Shown: positions 1 to 8,729 of the stretch, in pieces
Position numbering within the stretch: the first letter of the stretch is position 1
Layout: each line of letters begins with the position of its first letter
Source: Candidatus Sungiibacteriota bacterium
GTDB taxonomy: Bacteria > Patescibacteriota > Minisyncoccia > Sungbacterales > SURF-37
Direction of reading: 5' to 3'
Length of the DNA: 36,231 nt
Assembly (NCBI GenBank): GCA_016203665.1
Contig: JACQMJ010000004.1
Location: 134,214-170,444 of the forward strand
Made by a program: the position numbers and the translations under genes
The notes under the pieces: model-generated
What the model saw: only the letters and a program-made list of their open reading frames with translations
What the model was told of the DNA's origin: nothing
Database searches by the model: none

Positions 1-378
1 GAACATGTACATCACGCCGCCGAGGGTGATGGCGAATAGCGCGGCAATGCCGACGAATCCAAGGAACCAGATGTAGATTTGAGAGAGATAGTTACTTACA
101 TCTCGTCCCTGCTGACTCTTTACGCCTTGCTGGGATTGGGCGCCGCCGCCGCTTTTTGCGCCCTGCGCGCTTACAGTTCCACCAGGATATTCCCTGATTT
201 GCTCGCCACCGCTCCCAGTACCAGGGTATTCCATGATTTGACCGTCGCCGCTCCCGCTCTTTTCGGTAGCGGCGGCCAATGCATTGAATGGCGGAGCGGC
301 GCCCATGAGGGTTGCGGCAGACAGCACAAACACAAGTAAGACCGCAGCAGGGCGTATGGTTTGCTTTGTGCTTGTCAT
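1..378 (-). CDS. TrbC/VirB2-like (CPR T4SS-type) pilin with extended N-terminus, 3' end truncated by window edge
   Basis: Not in the ORF track. ATG at 378 reads open to position 1: MTSTKQTIRPAAVLLVFVLSAATLMGAAPPFNALA...DVSNYLSQIYIWFLGFVGIAALFAITLGGVMYMF. Signal-like N-terminus and a hydrophobic helix ending GGxxYM, as in the pilins at 26493-27779. Confidence 0.75.
   Translation of the reverse strand, partial: MTSTKQTIRPAAVLLVFVLSAATLMGAAPPFNALAAATEKSGSGDGQIMEYPGTGSGGEQIREYPGGTVSAQGAKSGGGAQSQQGVKSQQGRDVSNYLSQIYIWFLGFVGIAALFAITLGGVMYMF
181..258 (-). repeat. 39-bp tandem duplication (13 aa: GSGDGQIMEYPGT / GSGGEQIREYPGG) inside the pilin
   Basis: accaggatattccctgatttgctcgccaccgctcccagt is followed by accagggtattccatgatttgaccgtcgccgctcccgct. 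Confidence 0.85.
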
Positions 379-390
379 GACAGATGTCCC

Positions 391-1671
391 TTATCGCAAC
401 CTAATAGTAGCGGCGGCAGACGCTCGGCGAGAGCGCTGCGCCGCGTCTTCAGTAATTATAGAAAGTCCGTCCACTGCCGGCGTATTCGGGCTTGAGGTTA
501 GTATGAACCTCCACGGATCCGGCGGCTCGCCGATGATTTCCTTGCCGTTCAAATTCCAGCGGTATATAAGGCTGGCGGTTCTGGGGAAGAAGAACGGCAC
601 GGCGATAAATTCATGCGGCTCGCCCGAAGACGCCGAGAATTCACGGAGCAAGGCTTCGTAGGCGATGCCGCGGAGCGGCCGTAGTTCATATATGCCGGCA
701 ATAGGATCCACTGGCCCGACGCCGAGCGATACGGTTTTGTCAAACGCTCCGGCAAGGTCGCGCATGCGCACGCCGATTTTTTCTTCAACCGGGACGGCCA
801 GCCGGAAGGAATATGTCTGGCGCCCCGCGCCCGAGACCTGCGAGGCGATCGAATCGTTGATCTGCCATTGGTAGGAAAGCTGGGCAGGGCCTCGTACGTT
901 CGGCAGGGCCATCACCGTGACAAGACCGCCGATGGACGGCAGGGCCTTTCCTTTATACCAGTACGGCGTTGTCGTATCGGCCCACCAGTAGAACGGCGCG
1001 GACGCCGTTTGAACAATAACGCTTTTGGAACGGGTCTCGCCGCCGGGCGCCGTGACATCAACGCGCACGGTTTTTGCCGCGCCCTCGGCCGGCGCGGCCA
1101 AAGAGATGCGGAACCGGCCGCGGCCGCTCTGGGCGCGATCAAGCGCGCCATTTATATACCACTGGTAATTGGCCGCGTTTTTATCAAAAGCGAAAGTAAT
1201 CACTTCAGCGCTTACCGCCTCCCCGACGTCCGGGCTCTGGTTGGATGCCTCAAGCGTGAAGTCGCTGGCAATTCCGCCGATGATGTCATTCCCCGGCGAT
1301 GGCGGAGCAAGGGTATAAATGTTCAGCGCTTCGGTGCCCGATGCAAAACCTTTTCCAGGGTTCACTTCAAGCCTAATTCTTATTAGCTCGGCGCCATCAG
1401 GATCTGTAGCCACAAGGAGCGTATTTTTTCCGAGGCCGGATGCGGCGGTCAGTCTTTCGTCATTCTTAAACCAGGTGAAATTGGTGCTTGTTGCCGTAAA
1501 ATTGGTTGGCTCGGCGGTAATCTTTATTGTATCGCCGGCAATGGGCAGTTCCGGCGATGCACTCAAAGTCAGAAGCGGCGCGGTCTGGGCAATGGCAAAC
1601 CAGTTTGCGGCAACAAGTATTGCGGCAAAGGCGAGAATGTATGCGAGTTTGGTATCGTGATTACGCGGCAT
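391..1671 (-). CDS. Secreted protein with about four Ig-like beta-sandwich modules
   Basis: Signal peptide ending AIA-Q; repeated modules P-x-x-G...(F/Y)xW-x-x-N...SGxG. The fold is inferred from this pattern. Confidence 0.7.
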   Translation of the reverse strand: MPRNHDTKLAYILAFAAILVAANWFAIAQTAPLLTLSASPELPIAGDTIKITAEPTNFTATSTNFTWFKNDERLTAASGLGKNTLLVATDPDGAELIRIRLEVNPGKGFASGTEALNIYTLAPPSPGNDIIGGIASDFTLEASNQSPDVGEAVSAEVITFAFDKNAANYQWYINGALDRAQSGRGRFRISLAAPAEGAAKTVRVDVTAPGGETRSKSVIVQTASAPFYWWADTTTPYWYKGKALPSIGGLVTVMALPNVRGPAQLSYQWQINDSIASQVSGAGRQTYSFRLAVPVEEKIGVRMRDLAGAFDKTVSLGVGPVDPIAGIYELRPLRGIAYEALLREFSASSGEPHEFIAVPFFFPRTASLIYRWNLNGKEIIGEPPDPWRFILTSSPNTPAVDGLSIITEDAAQRSRRASAAATIRLR

Positions 1672-2110
1672 TTGACTTTAGCCTATCGCGTTGAGAGCGG
1701 TTGTTCCACCAAAGAGCGGCAAGATATATGAGCGGCGTGATACCACCGAGCGCTATATAGATAAAATCGGATCCGGGAATTTGTTCCGCGGCCGCGCCGA
1801 GCTTGCCGCCGACTTTTCGGGCCGCGGAGGCGAACGTGGGCGGGCGCAGGCCGTGGTGCTTTGCCCACATCCAAAGCGAAAGCACTACGAGGAAATTCAC
1901 GGCCGCGGCCAGGGGAGGAATAAACCCAAGCACAAGGGCAAAGAGCGAGGCCATTGCGGTACCGGCAAGTACCATGAACCACGTTACGGTACCAACGCCT
2001 GCCTCCGCGGATGCGGCCGGCTGCCCCTGCGGCGTCCCGGACGGCCGCTGTTGGCGGGAACGGTTCATTGTTTCGGACCAGCGCGCTTGTTTTTGGGCTT
2101 CTGGCGGCAT
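1661..2110 (-). CDS. Hypothetical membrane protein (about 3 TM segments)
   Basis: 149-aa ORF tightly packed between neighbours in the operon; hydrophobic stretches. Confidence 0.65.
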   Translation of the reverse strand: MPPEAQKQARWSETMNRSRQQRPSGTPQGQPAASAEAGVGTVTWFMVLAGTAMASLFALVLGFIPPLAAAVNFLVVLSLWMWAKHHGLRPPTFASAARKVGGKLGAAAEQIPGSDFIYIALGGITPLIYLAALWWNNRSQRDRLKSNAA

Positions 2111-2112
2111 GG

Positions 2113-3945
2113 TTAGGTTTGCGATTCGGTTTGATGGGCCTTTTCAAACTCCTCTTTGGCCTTCTTTATTAAGAGCAGTTGCTGCGGGTCGGAGGTGATG
2201 ACCTGGTCCTCGGTATAGGAGGCGACGACCTTGATGGCCACGTGCTTCAGCCCGGCAAAGAAGATGCCCTCCCCCACTTCGGACTCCAATAAAAGGAATT
2301 TTTCCTCATCGGTGAGGTTAAATATTTCCACGACCGAGGCGATGGTCGCCGGCGACTGGCGCAGCAGGAGCTGCATGGAGGAGTTGGTGACGATGGGCTT
2401 GCCGTAGGGCGAGCCCATGAAGTCGGCCACGTCCTGGGTGATGGTGGCCAGGCCCAAGAAATATTTTCGCGCGCGCTTGGCAATGCCGTAAAGAAAGGAT
2501 GCGCCGTCCTCGTAGCGCATAAGCCACCAGGCCTCGTCCACCACAAGCAGGCGCTTTTTTAATTCCGAGCGCACCAGGTTCCAGATGAAGTGGAGCACGA
2601 GGTACATGGCAATGGGGCGGAGCTCCTCTTCCATGTCGCGGATGGAGAAGACCACAAGGCGGTTTTTCACGTCCAGGTTCGTTTGCTGGTTGATGAACCC
2701 GGCCCAGGTGCCCTGGGTGTATTTTTTCAGGCGCACGGCAAGGTCTTCGCCGCCTTCGGTCGCAGCCAGCACGAGCTCGAGGTCGGAGAGCGTGGGCGGC
2801 ACGGCCGTCGCAAAGTCGCTGTCCGGCGTGATGTCGCGGGCGGCATAGGTTTCGGTGATGGCGTGGTCCAAAATGGCATCCTCCTGCGGGGAGAGCCCGC
2901 CCAGGAGGATGCGGAAGAACCCTATGAGGTTGATGATGTTGGAGCGCAGCACATCCGAAGGCGATTCATCCTCCCGCGGCACGGGCAGATCAAAGGGATT
3001 GATGTGGTTAGGCGAGGTGAGCGAGACGTTGAAGTAGGCGCCGCCGACGGTCTCGGCCAGGTACTGGTACTCGCGCTCAGGATCAATGATGACGACGTCA
3101 ATGCCGAACATGAGCGAACGCAGAACTTCAAGCTTCATGGCGTAGCTTTTGCCCGCGCCGGACACGGCGAACGTTACCGAGTTCGCGTTGGCCAGCGAGA
3201 AGCGGTCAAACAGCACCAGGGAATTATTGTGGCGGTTAATGCCGTAGAGGATGCCGCGGTTGGAGGTCAGGTCAAAGGAGACAAAGGGGAAGGTTGAGGA
3301 AATGGGGCCCGAGTTTAAGTAGGAATGGATGGCCAGGCGGTCGGTATTAAGGGGCAGTGCGGAATTAAAGCCCTCTTCCTGCTGAAAGAGTGCCGGCTTG
3401 ACGTAGACGAGTCTTGCCTCCAGCATTGAGCGTATTTCCGACTCCGCCTTATCCAGTTCCTCGGCCGTCTGGCCGTAGATGGAGATGTAGAGCCCGAAAT
3501 TAAAGAGGCGTTCCCGGGCCTGCTGCAATTTGTCGCGGAGCTCCTCCAGGTCGCGGTAGGCCGTGTCCAGGATGGGGTCGCGCACCAGCCCCTTTTCCTC
3601 GCGGAGCGAGATCTGCGACTGCACTCTCGCCACTTGCTTACGCAACTGCGAGAGGATGATGGCCGTATCCACCGGATGGACAAAGAAGGAAATGTCGAAA
3701 ACTTTGTCTAGATTGATGATGGGGGAAAACCAGTTCGTGGTCAGATAGCGCGGGTAGGAAAAGACAAATAGCGTGCGCACGAACTTCTCGCCCAGACGCA
3801 GGAAACTCGGATTTATTTCAAGCGCCGCCGGCGCGATGATGTCGCGGAGCGTCGTTACTCCGGCCTGATATATCTCCTCCGGGAACACCGGCGCGATTTC
3901 CAGGCCGGGTGCATCTTCTTTTTTTCGGAAAAATGGGAAGGCCAT
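2113..3945 (-). CDS. virB4: VirB4/ConE-like type IV secretion ATPase
   Basis: Walker A variant AVSGAGKS, IIDPEREY, HINPFD, Walker B VVDEAW, RARKY, TQDVADF. Confidence 0.92.
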   Translation of the reverse strand: MAFPFFRKKEDAPGLEIAPVFPEEIYQAGVTTLRDIIAPAALEINPSFLRLGEKFVRTLFVFSYPRYLTTNWFSPIINLDKVFDISFFVHPVDTAIILSQLRKQVARVQSQISLREEKGLVRDPILDTAYRDLEELRDKLQQARERLFNFGLYISIYGQTAEELDKAESEIRSMLEARLVYVKPALFQQEEGFNSALPLNTDRLAIHSYLNSGPISSTFPFVSFDLTSNRGILYGINRHNNSLVLFDRFSLANANSVTFAVSGAGKSYAMKLEVLRSLMFGIDVVIIDPEREYQYLAETVGGAYFNVSLTSPNHINPFDLPVPREDESPSDVLRSNIINLIGFFRILLGGLSPQEDAILDHAITETYAARDITPDSDFATAVPPTLSDLELVLAATEGGEDLAVRLKKYTQGTWAGFINQQTNLDVKNRLVVFSIRDMEEELRPIAMYLVLHFIWNLVRSELKKRLLVVDEAWWLMRYEDGASFLYGIAKRARKYFLGLATITQDVADFMGSPYGKPIVTNSSMQLLLRQSPATIASVVEIFNLTDEEKFLLLESEVGEGIFFAGLKHVAIKVVASYTEDQVITSDPQQLLLIKKAKEEFEKAHQTESQT

Positions 3946-4628
3946 TATGGGTGCTCGTTATTTTTTTCCTGGGCCGCGCGCTGGGTTTCTCCGGGGTTGT
4001 AAAGGCCGTAGAAGAGTTCAATCAGCTCCTCGGTATTCAGGCGCGCGACGCGCAGTCCCAGGCGCTTCATGGCGGCGGTTACGGTATCAACGCGCTGGGC
4101 GAGCTGGTTTGCTTCCTGTTCAAAATCGTTTCCATCCGCGGCGGTTCCTCCTTTGGGCGACCGGCCCAAAAGTCCGGATAGGCTTTTCAGGAATCCGCCG
4201 CCCCGCTCCATCATTGAGGGACTGAACGGTACCACGGCGAAAAATGTTTTTGTCACGATGCCCGTCATCTCCACGAATGACTTCACGAACTCCGCGTACT
4301 CGCCGATCTGCACTTTCAAAAGCTCGTTTTCCTCCTCTTTCTGGCGTTCGGCCAGCACCTCAAGGTACGGGCGGATGTTCAGCCGCCGCGATTGGATGAC
4401 GAGCTGCAGGGGAAAATCAAGCGCGTTTAGGAAGTTCTCGTACTGAAAAACTAGCGCATCCTGTTCCTCTTCTGATTTCAAGGCAAAGTTAAGTGAGGAT
4501 ACCATGAGAACGGCGCGGAGGCCCTGCCCGCCCTTCAGGACTATAACGCCGTCGCGGATGGAATCTATGGGCAGGAATTCCTGCGCGGCAGCGGCGGATT
4601 TGGATTTTTGCGCGGCACTTGGCGGCAT
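3945..4628 (-). CDS. VirB4-associated (TraC/VirB4 N-terminal-like) protein
   Basis: IRDGVIVLK, SSLNFALKSEEEQ, FPLQLVIQSRRL motifs; stop overlaps the virB4 start; lies between prgI and virB4. Confidence 0.75.
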   Translation of the reverse strand: MPPSAAQKSKSAAAAQEFLPIDSIRDGVIVLKGGQGLRAVLMVSSLNFALKSEEEQDALVFQYENFLNALDFPLQLVIQSRRLNIRPYLEVLAERQKEEENELLKVQIGEYAEFVKSFVEMTGIVTKTFFAVVPFSPSMMERGGGFLKSLSGLLGRSPKGGTAADGNDFEQEANQLAQRVDTVTAAMKRLGLRVARLNTEELIELFYGLYNPGETQRAAQEKNNEHP

Positions 4629-4634
4629 ATAATG

Positions 4635-5054
4635 CTAGCCCCTATCCTCCAGGCGCTCTTTAATATCAAGGCTCCAGGCCAGATCATCCAGTTTAGATTC
4701 CGACAGTTTCGGGATGCCGGCCAGCGGCGATGGCGGCGCAGGGGTAGGCGCTTTTTTAGGAATGAGCGGGGGCGGGGTTTTTCTCCAAAGGTAAAGACGG
4801 GGTTTTAGATAGTAGCCGATGGCTGCGGCGAGAATTGCCGGCAGCGGCCGATCGTTTATTTTCAGAAACGCCATGGCCACAAAGAGGCCAGCGACCGGCA
4901 GGGTGATCAGTATAAAGAGGATGAAGTGGAGGAGCGACCAGCCGATGAAGCCGATGGCCGCCGCGCCAAGGAGGTATAAAAACTGCTTTAAGGTCAGCGG
5001 CCCGATGATGCGGTCTTCAATGGTTATGAATTGGGGTACTTGGTATTGCTGCAT
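4635..5054 (-). CDS. prgI: PrgI family membrane protein
   Basis: MQQYQVPQFITIEDRIIGPLTLKQF, two TM segments, NDRP...PRLYLW. Start placed at ATG 5054. Confidence 0.88.
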   Translation of the reverse strand: MQQYQVPQFITIEDRIIGPLTLKQFLYLLGAAAIGFIGWSLLHFILFILITLPVAGLFVAMAFLKINDRPLPAILAAAIGYYLKPRLYLWRKTPPPLIPKKAPTPAPPSPLAGIPKLSESKLDDLAWSLDIKERLEDRG

Positions 5055-5092
5055 GGTGAAGATCAAGATGGTGAAGTGGTGAAATTGGTGAA
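5055..5092. repeat. Short-period (T)GGTGAA array, left arm of the inverted repeat around the four-helix-bundle gene
   Basis: ggtgaagatcaagatggtgaagtggtgaaattggtgaa; tggtgaaattggtgaa matches the reverse complement of 5478-5493 at 14/16. Confidence 0.8.
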
Positions 5093-5096
5093 CGTG

Positions 5097-5453
5097 TTAT
5101 TGTAGCAGCCGCTTTTCGAAAGCAATGATTTTAAAGTATTCCTCTTGGCACAGCGATCGAAGTATCTCGTAGTCCTCTTGAGGCACATATTTTTCCTCGA
5201 CCGCGATTTCCAGCGCGGTAAGGAGTTCGAGTAGTGAGCCGATAGCTCTCCTTAGGAAGAGCGAGAAGTCCTTTTTGCTCTTTCGCGAACTGCCCTCGGC
5301 TACATTTAAAGGAATAGAGGCGGCGGCACGCCGCATCTGTGAAGTTATTCCCCAAAGTTCTTCTCTGGGGAACTTTTTCGTGGTGCAGTACACCGCTTTT
5401 GTGATTTGGATTTCCAGCCGCCATATCTCAAGTTTTTCGAACGAATAGTGCAC
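5097..5453 (-). CDS. Four-helix-bundle protein (23S rRNA IVP / Avd-like family)
   Basis: SFEKLEIW...FPREELWGITSQMRRAAASIPLNVAEG...FLRRAIGSLLEL family signature. Start likely GTG 5453. Visibly lower GC than the flanks. Confidence 0.92.
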   Translation of the reverse strand: MHYSFEKLEIWRLEIQITKAVYCTTKKFPREELWGITSQMRRAAASIPLNVAEGSSRKSKKDFSLFLRRAIGSLLELLTALEIAVEEKYVPQEDYEILRSLCQEEYFKIIAFEKRLLQ

Positions 5454-5460
5454 AAACAAT

Positions 5461-5500
5461 TTTATCAAGCGCAGCGATTCATCAATTTCATCATTTGATC
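5461..5500. repeat. TTCATCA array, right arm of the inverted repeat around the four-helix-bundle gene
   Basis: tttatcaagcgcagcgattcatcaatttcatcatttgatc; overlaps the stop codon of the upstream gene (5499-5501). Confidence 0.8.
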
Positions 5501-6656
5501 ATTCCGGCGACTCTTTATACGGATCCACCTCGTATTTGTCCGGCGCTGGCGGCTTGGGAATTTTTTCCTGTGGCAGCTTTAAGGGTTTTGGTGCGGGCGT
5601 TGATGGCGGCGATTTCTTAATGCTATCTGCCATATGCTGTTGGCTATCTACCGCTGGCTGGCGGAATTTTTCTATCTCGCGTTGGAGCAGTTCTTTCGTG
5701 GTTGGCACCGCAGGCAGTACTCCTGGGCCGCTATCCGCTATCCTCTGTCCGCTATCCTCTTTCGGCGGCTTGGCTGTTGCGGCCGGCTGCGGCCTCTGCA
5801 AGGCGGCAAGTTCTTTTTCCATAGCGGCTTTAGCGCGGTCGTACGCGCTTGATGGCGGTGGAGGGGGTGGTCCCTCAACCCGGCTCGGGGCTGGCGGCTC
5901 GACTTTTGGAGTTTCCGGCTTTGGTTGGACAGTCGGCATTGTAGTCCGCGTTCCGAGCGGACTTATTATTGGCGGTGTAACTGGCGGTTTTGTCGCTTCC
6001 GACTTTTCAACCGGTTTTGGCGGCGGCTGGGTTGGTGCGGCTGACGGCCTTGGTGCGGGCGCTGCTGGTACGGGAGCCGGCTTTGCCGCGGGCGGCGGTA
6101 GCGGTAATTTTTCTGGTCGGATATCCGCTATCCGCTGTCCGTTGCCCGCCACACGTTCTCCGCTATCCCCTGTTTCTCGCGGTCGGGATGGAAGCGGATG
6201 GATAATGAGTGGCTCGGGTTTTTTAGGCATTGCGGCTTGCGGCGCCGGCTGTTCCAGTTTTGGCGGCGGCGGAGGCTGAACTGCGACGGGTGGCGGCATT
6301 GGAGTCGCGGCTGGAGTGTCTGTCCACTGGTTGCCGTATGCCCGCTTCAGCGCATCGCGGATTGGAAGAAATATGTTTTGATTGATGGCTGTTCCTAGTT
6401 CATCTGCTTTTTTAGAGTCGCCGGTTATTTCCGTGAGGTGAGTCAAGAGATCGGATGCTTTGACAAAGCCGAGCATGGCATAGCCGACGAGCTCAACGAC
6501 TTCGCCGACCTGGTCAATCGGCAGTCCCAGCTTTCGCCCGGCCTCAAAAATGATGCGCCCGGTTCGTTCGTCTTCAAATGCCTTTTCCAAATCATCGGGG
6601 AGCGCTTCCAGTCGGCGTTCAATTTCTTCCGTCTTTATGATGTTTGTGAGTCGCAT
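5499..6656 (-). CDS. Hypothetical protein: helical N-terminal domain, long Pro-rich region, C-terminal DPYKE motif
   Basis: 385-aa ORF in the operon with a Pro/Ala/Lys-rich linker; carries 7-bp periodic DNA insertions. Confidence 0.8.
   Translation of the reverse strand: MRLTNIIKTEEIERRLEALPDDLEKAFEDERTGRIIFEAGRKLGLPIDQVGEVVELVGYAMLGFVKASDLLTHLTEITGDSKKADELGTAINQNIFLPIRDALKRAYGNQWTDTPAATPMPPPVAVQPPPPPKLEQPAPQAAMPKKPEPLIIHPLPSRPRETGDSGERVAGNGQRIADIRPEKLPLPPPAAKPAPVPAAPAPRPSAAPTQPPPKPVEKSEATKPPVTPPIISPLGTRTTMPTVQPKPETPKVEPPAPSRVEGPPPPPPSSAYDRAKAAMEKELAALQRPQPAATAKPPKEDSGQRIADSGPGVLPAVPTTKELLQREIEKFRQPAVDSQQHMADSIKKSPPSTPAPKPLKLPQEKIPKPPAPDKYEVDPYKESPE
5620..6173. repeat. Three clusters of 7-bp CCGCTAT-type tandem repeats (5620-5654, 5728-5760, 6118-6173) within the CDS
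   Basis: For example ccgctat ccgctat cctctgt ccgctat, and ccgctat ccgctgt ccgttgc ccgccac acgttct ccgctat cccctgt. Confidence 0.8.
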
Positions 6657-6665
6657 AGAAGTTGA

Positions 6666-8729
6666 TTACGCGGTGCCGCCGCCAGGGGCTGGGGGCGGGG
6701 TTGGAGCCGGCGGAGGTTCAGGCGCCGGCTCGGTGCCTTTGGGCGATTTTTTGCCAAGGGCAATGCCGCGGGCGAGCCGGATATAGACGCCTTCCCTGTC
6801 GCGTATAGCCTCGGCAAGCGTGCGGTTTGATCTCGCAAGTTCGCCAAGGCCCGCGCCGAGACTGCCGCCGCCCATACCAGTGAGGAAGTCGCGCAGGGCC
6901 TCGGATTTCTCCCGGCTGTTGCCGATGGTCCTGAAGTCGTCAATGTCAACAACGCCTCTTGCCGTGATTGCGGCCTGCAGGTTGACGTTTGTTCTTATGT
7001 CGCTTGGCTGGATGCGGCTTTCCAGTTCTTTCTTTGTGGCGCTGCCGATCCAGCTGTTGAATGCATCTTGGAAGCGGGCAGTATTGGTACGCTCAATCTG
7101 TGTTTCCATTTCAACCAGCGAGGTGAGATCAGGGGCCGCTTCCGCGACCTTATCCTCTAGGTCAAACTTCTGCATGGCCTTGTAAAGATCCATGCGCTGG
7201 CGCGGTGTGGCCGTTTCCAATGAGAATGCCTGCTTTAGCTGATGCGGTTTCAGTTCGCGGATAAAGTCGGCTTTTTCCGAATCAGCCATGGTCCGCATGA
7301 GCTGCCAGCGGTACTCCGGCGACGCCTTTGAGGCCAAAGTACGACGTTTCAATGCGGCTTTTTCGCGGTCTTCCCGGATCTTTTGGCCAGCTGCCACCGC
7401 GGCCTCGGCTGGCCGGTTAGCCCAGCGCGTCCATCGGCTGCGTGCCAGCACGCCGCCAAGGCCAGTCGTGAGGTACTGCTGGGCAACCCGTCCGCCGATC
7501 ATCTTGCCCGTTCCCTTGGCCCAGCCGCCGGTGGCCTTAGCAATGCCCTTGCCCCACCCTGTTACCATGCCCGCGCCGGATATGGACATTTTTTCGGCGG
7601 CGATGAGCGAGCCAATCATGAGGGCGATGGCCAGGAAATACTGGAAGAAAACCGGGATGGGGTCAGTGGTGTTTCCGCCGACTGTAGCCGCGAGCTGGGC
7701 GCCGCCGGCAAGTGATACATAGAGGAAGAGCATGAAAGCCGGGAGGAAGAACGACCACTTGGCAAGTTTTTCCCACCAGTCGGTATAAAACTTGCGGGTA
7801 TAGGGCAGGATCATGGACAGGAACGCAAACGGCCCGAAGGCCAGGAGGAACATGAGCGAGACCTGGCGCACTATGATAAAAATTGTTCCGGCGAGGAGCA
7901 CGAAAATAAGAACCGGAGCGGCGAGCAACTGCAGGATTTTTATCTGGGTGGCGACAGATATGATCTCATCTCTTTTTATCGGGCGTTCGATTTGTCCAGT
8001 CTTTACCACGGCACCCTCTGCCTGAACTAACGTCTGCCCGGACGTTACAGCGCCTATTCTTGTCAGCGCTCCAATGCTGTTGTATATGGTCGCAGTCTGG
8101 TTTTTAGTGAGGCGGTTATAAAAAATATCAGAGATGCCATTGGAAAGATTTATGAAAGCGCCGCCAATGGCGAGGCTGAAATTGATGAAGAGCGCGGCGA
8201 TGATGAGCTTGGGCAGGAGCTGCTTTGCAGTATAGGGTTCAAAATCAAATATGGTGGCAATGGCGATCCAGAGCAGGATAAGCACGAAAGCCAGGTTAGC
8301 GACGCCAAGGGAAACGCCGAACCCGATGGTTACAAATCGTATTTGCCGCAAATCCACGCGGGCAAATTGCATGGCGAGATCAAATAACCAGCCCGCAAAA
8401 TTTACCAGCCAGCCGACAACCCAGTCAGCTAAAGTGTTTAAGATTGAGTAGAAGACGCAGCCAAATCCATCTGAATACCAGCTGCAGCCTGCGGCTTCGG
8501 CGGTAGGGTCAACCGGCGTTAAACCCCTCCCTGCGCCAGGTTGCCGCGCCGCCTCAAGCTCCTTTAACTGCGCTTGCTGCTCGGGAGTGATTGTCCCTTC
8601 TGCTTCAGTGGCCACGCGTTGGTCTTCCGGGGTTAGCTGGGCAGACGCCGGAGGAGCGTTAAATATCGCGGTGAGCAGCAAACTCGCGAGGAGGAAAGTT
8701 ACAACAGTGATACTTCGGCGCTGTTTCAT
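6666..8729 (-). CDS. VirB6/TrbL-like polytopic membrane protein
   Basis: Signal-like N-terminus; multiple TM segments with LPKLIIAALFINFS and IVRQVSLMFLLAFGPFAFLSMILP motifs; large soluble C-terminus; in the VirB4 operon. Confidence 0.8.
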   Translation of the reverse strand: MKQRRSITVVTFLLASLLLTAIFNAPPASAQLTPEDQRVATEAEGTITPEQQAQLKELEAARQPGAGRGLTPVDPTAEAAGCSWYSDGFGCVFYSILNTLADWVVGWLVNFAGWLFDLAMQFARVDLRQIRFVTIGFGVSLGVANLAFVLILLWIAIATIFDFEPYTAKQLLPKLIIAALFINFSLAIGGAFINLSNGISDIFYNRLTKNQTATIYNSIGALTRIGAVTSGQTLVQAEGAVVKTGQIERPIKRDEIISVATQIKILQLLAAPVLIFVLLAGTIFIIVRQVSLMFLLAFGPFAFLSMILPYTRKFYTDWWEKLAKWSFFLPAFMLFLYVSLAGGAQLAATVGGNTTDPIPVFFQYFLAIALMIGSLIAAEKMSISGAGMVTGWGKGIAKATGGWAKGTGKMIGGRVAQQYLTTGLGGVLARSRWTRWANRPAEAAVAAGQKIREDREKAALKRRTLASKASPEYRWQLMRTMADSEKADFIRELKPHQLKQAFSLETATPRQRMDLYKAMQKFDLEDKVAEAAPDLTSLVEMETQIERTNTARFQDAFNSWIGSATKKELESRIQPSDIRTNVNLQAAITARGVVDIDDFRTIGNSREKSEALRDFLTGMGGGSLGAGLGELARSNRTLAEAIRDREGVYIRLARGIALGKKSPKGTEPAPEPPPAPTPPPAPGGGTA

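Noticed and set aside
5097-5453. Diversity-generating retroelement suggested by the Avd-like fold
   Set aside because: No reverse transcriptase and no template/variable repeat pair with adenine-specific mismatches were seen in the window.
5870-5891. Possible REP-like motif encoding PSRVEG in the Pro-rich protein
   Set aside because: Weak palindrome, single copy in the window, within low-complexity GC-rich sequence.
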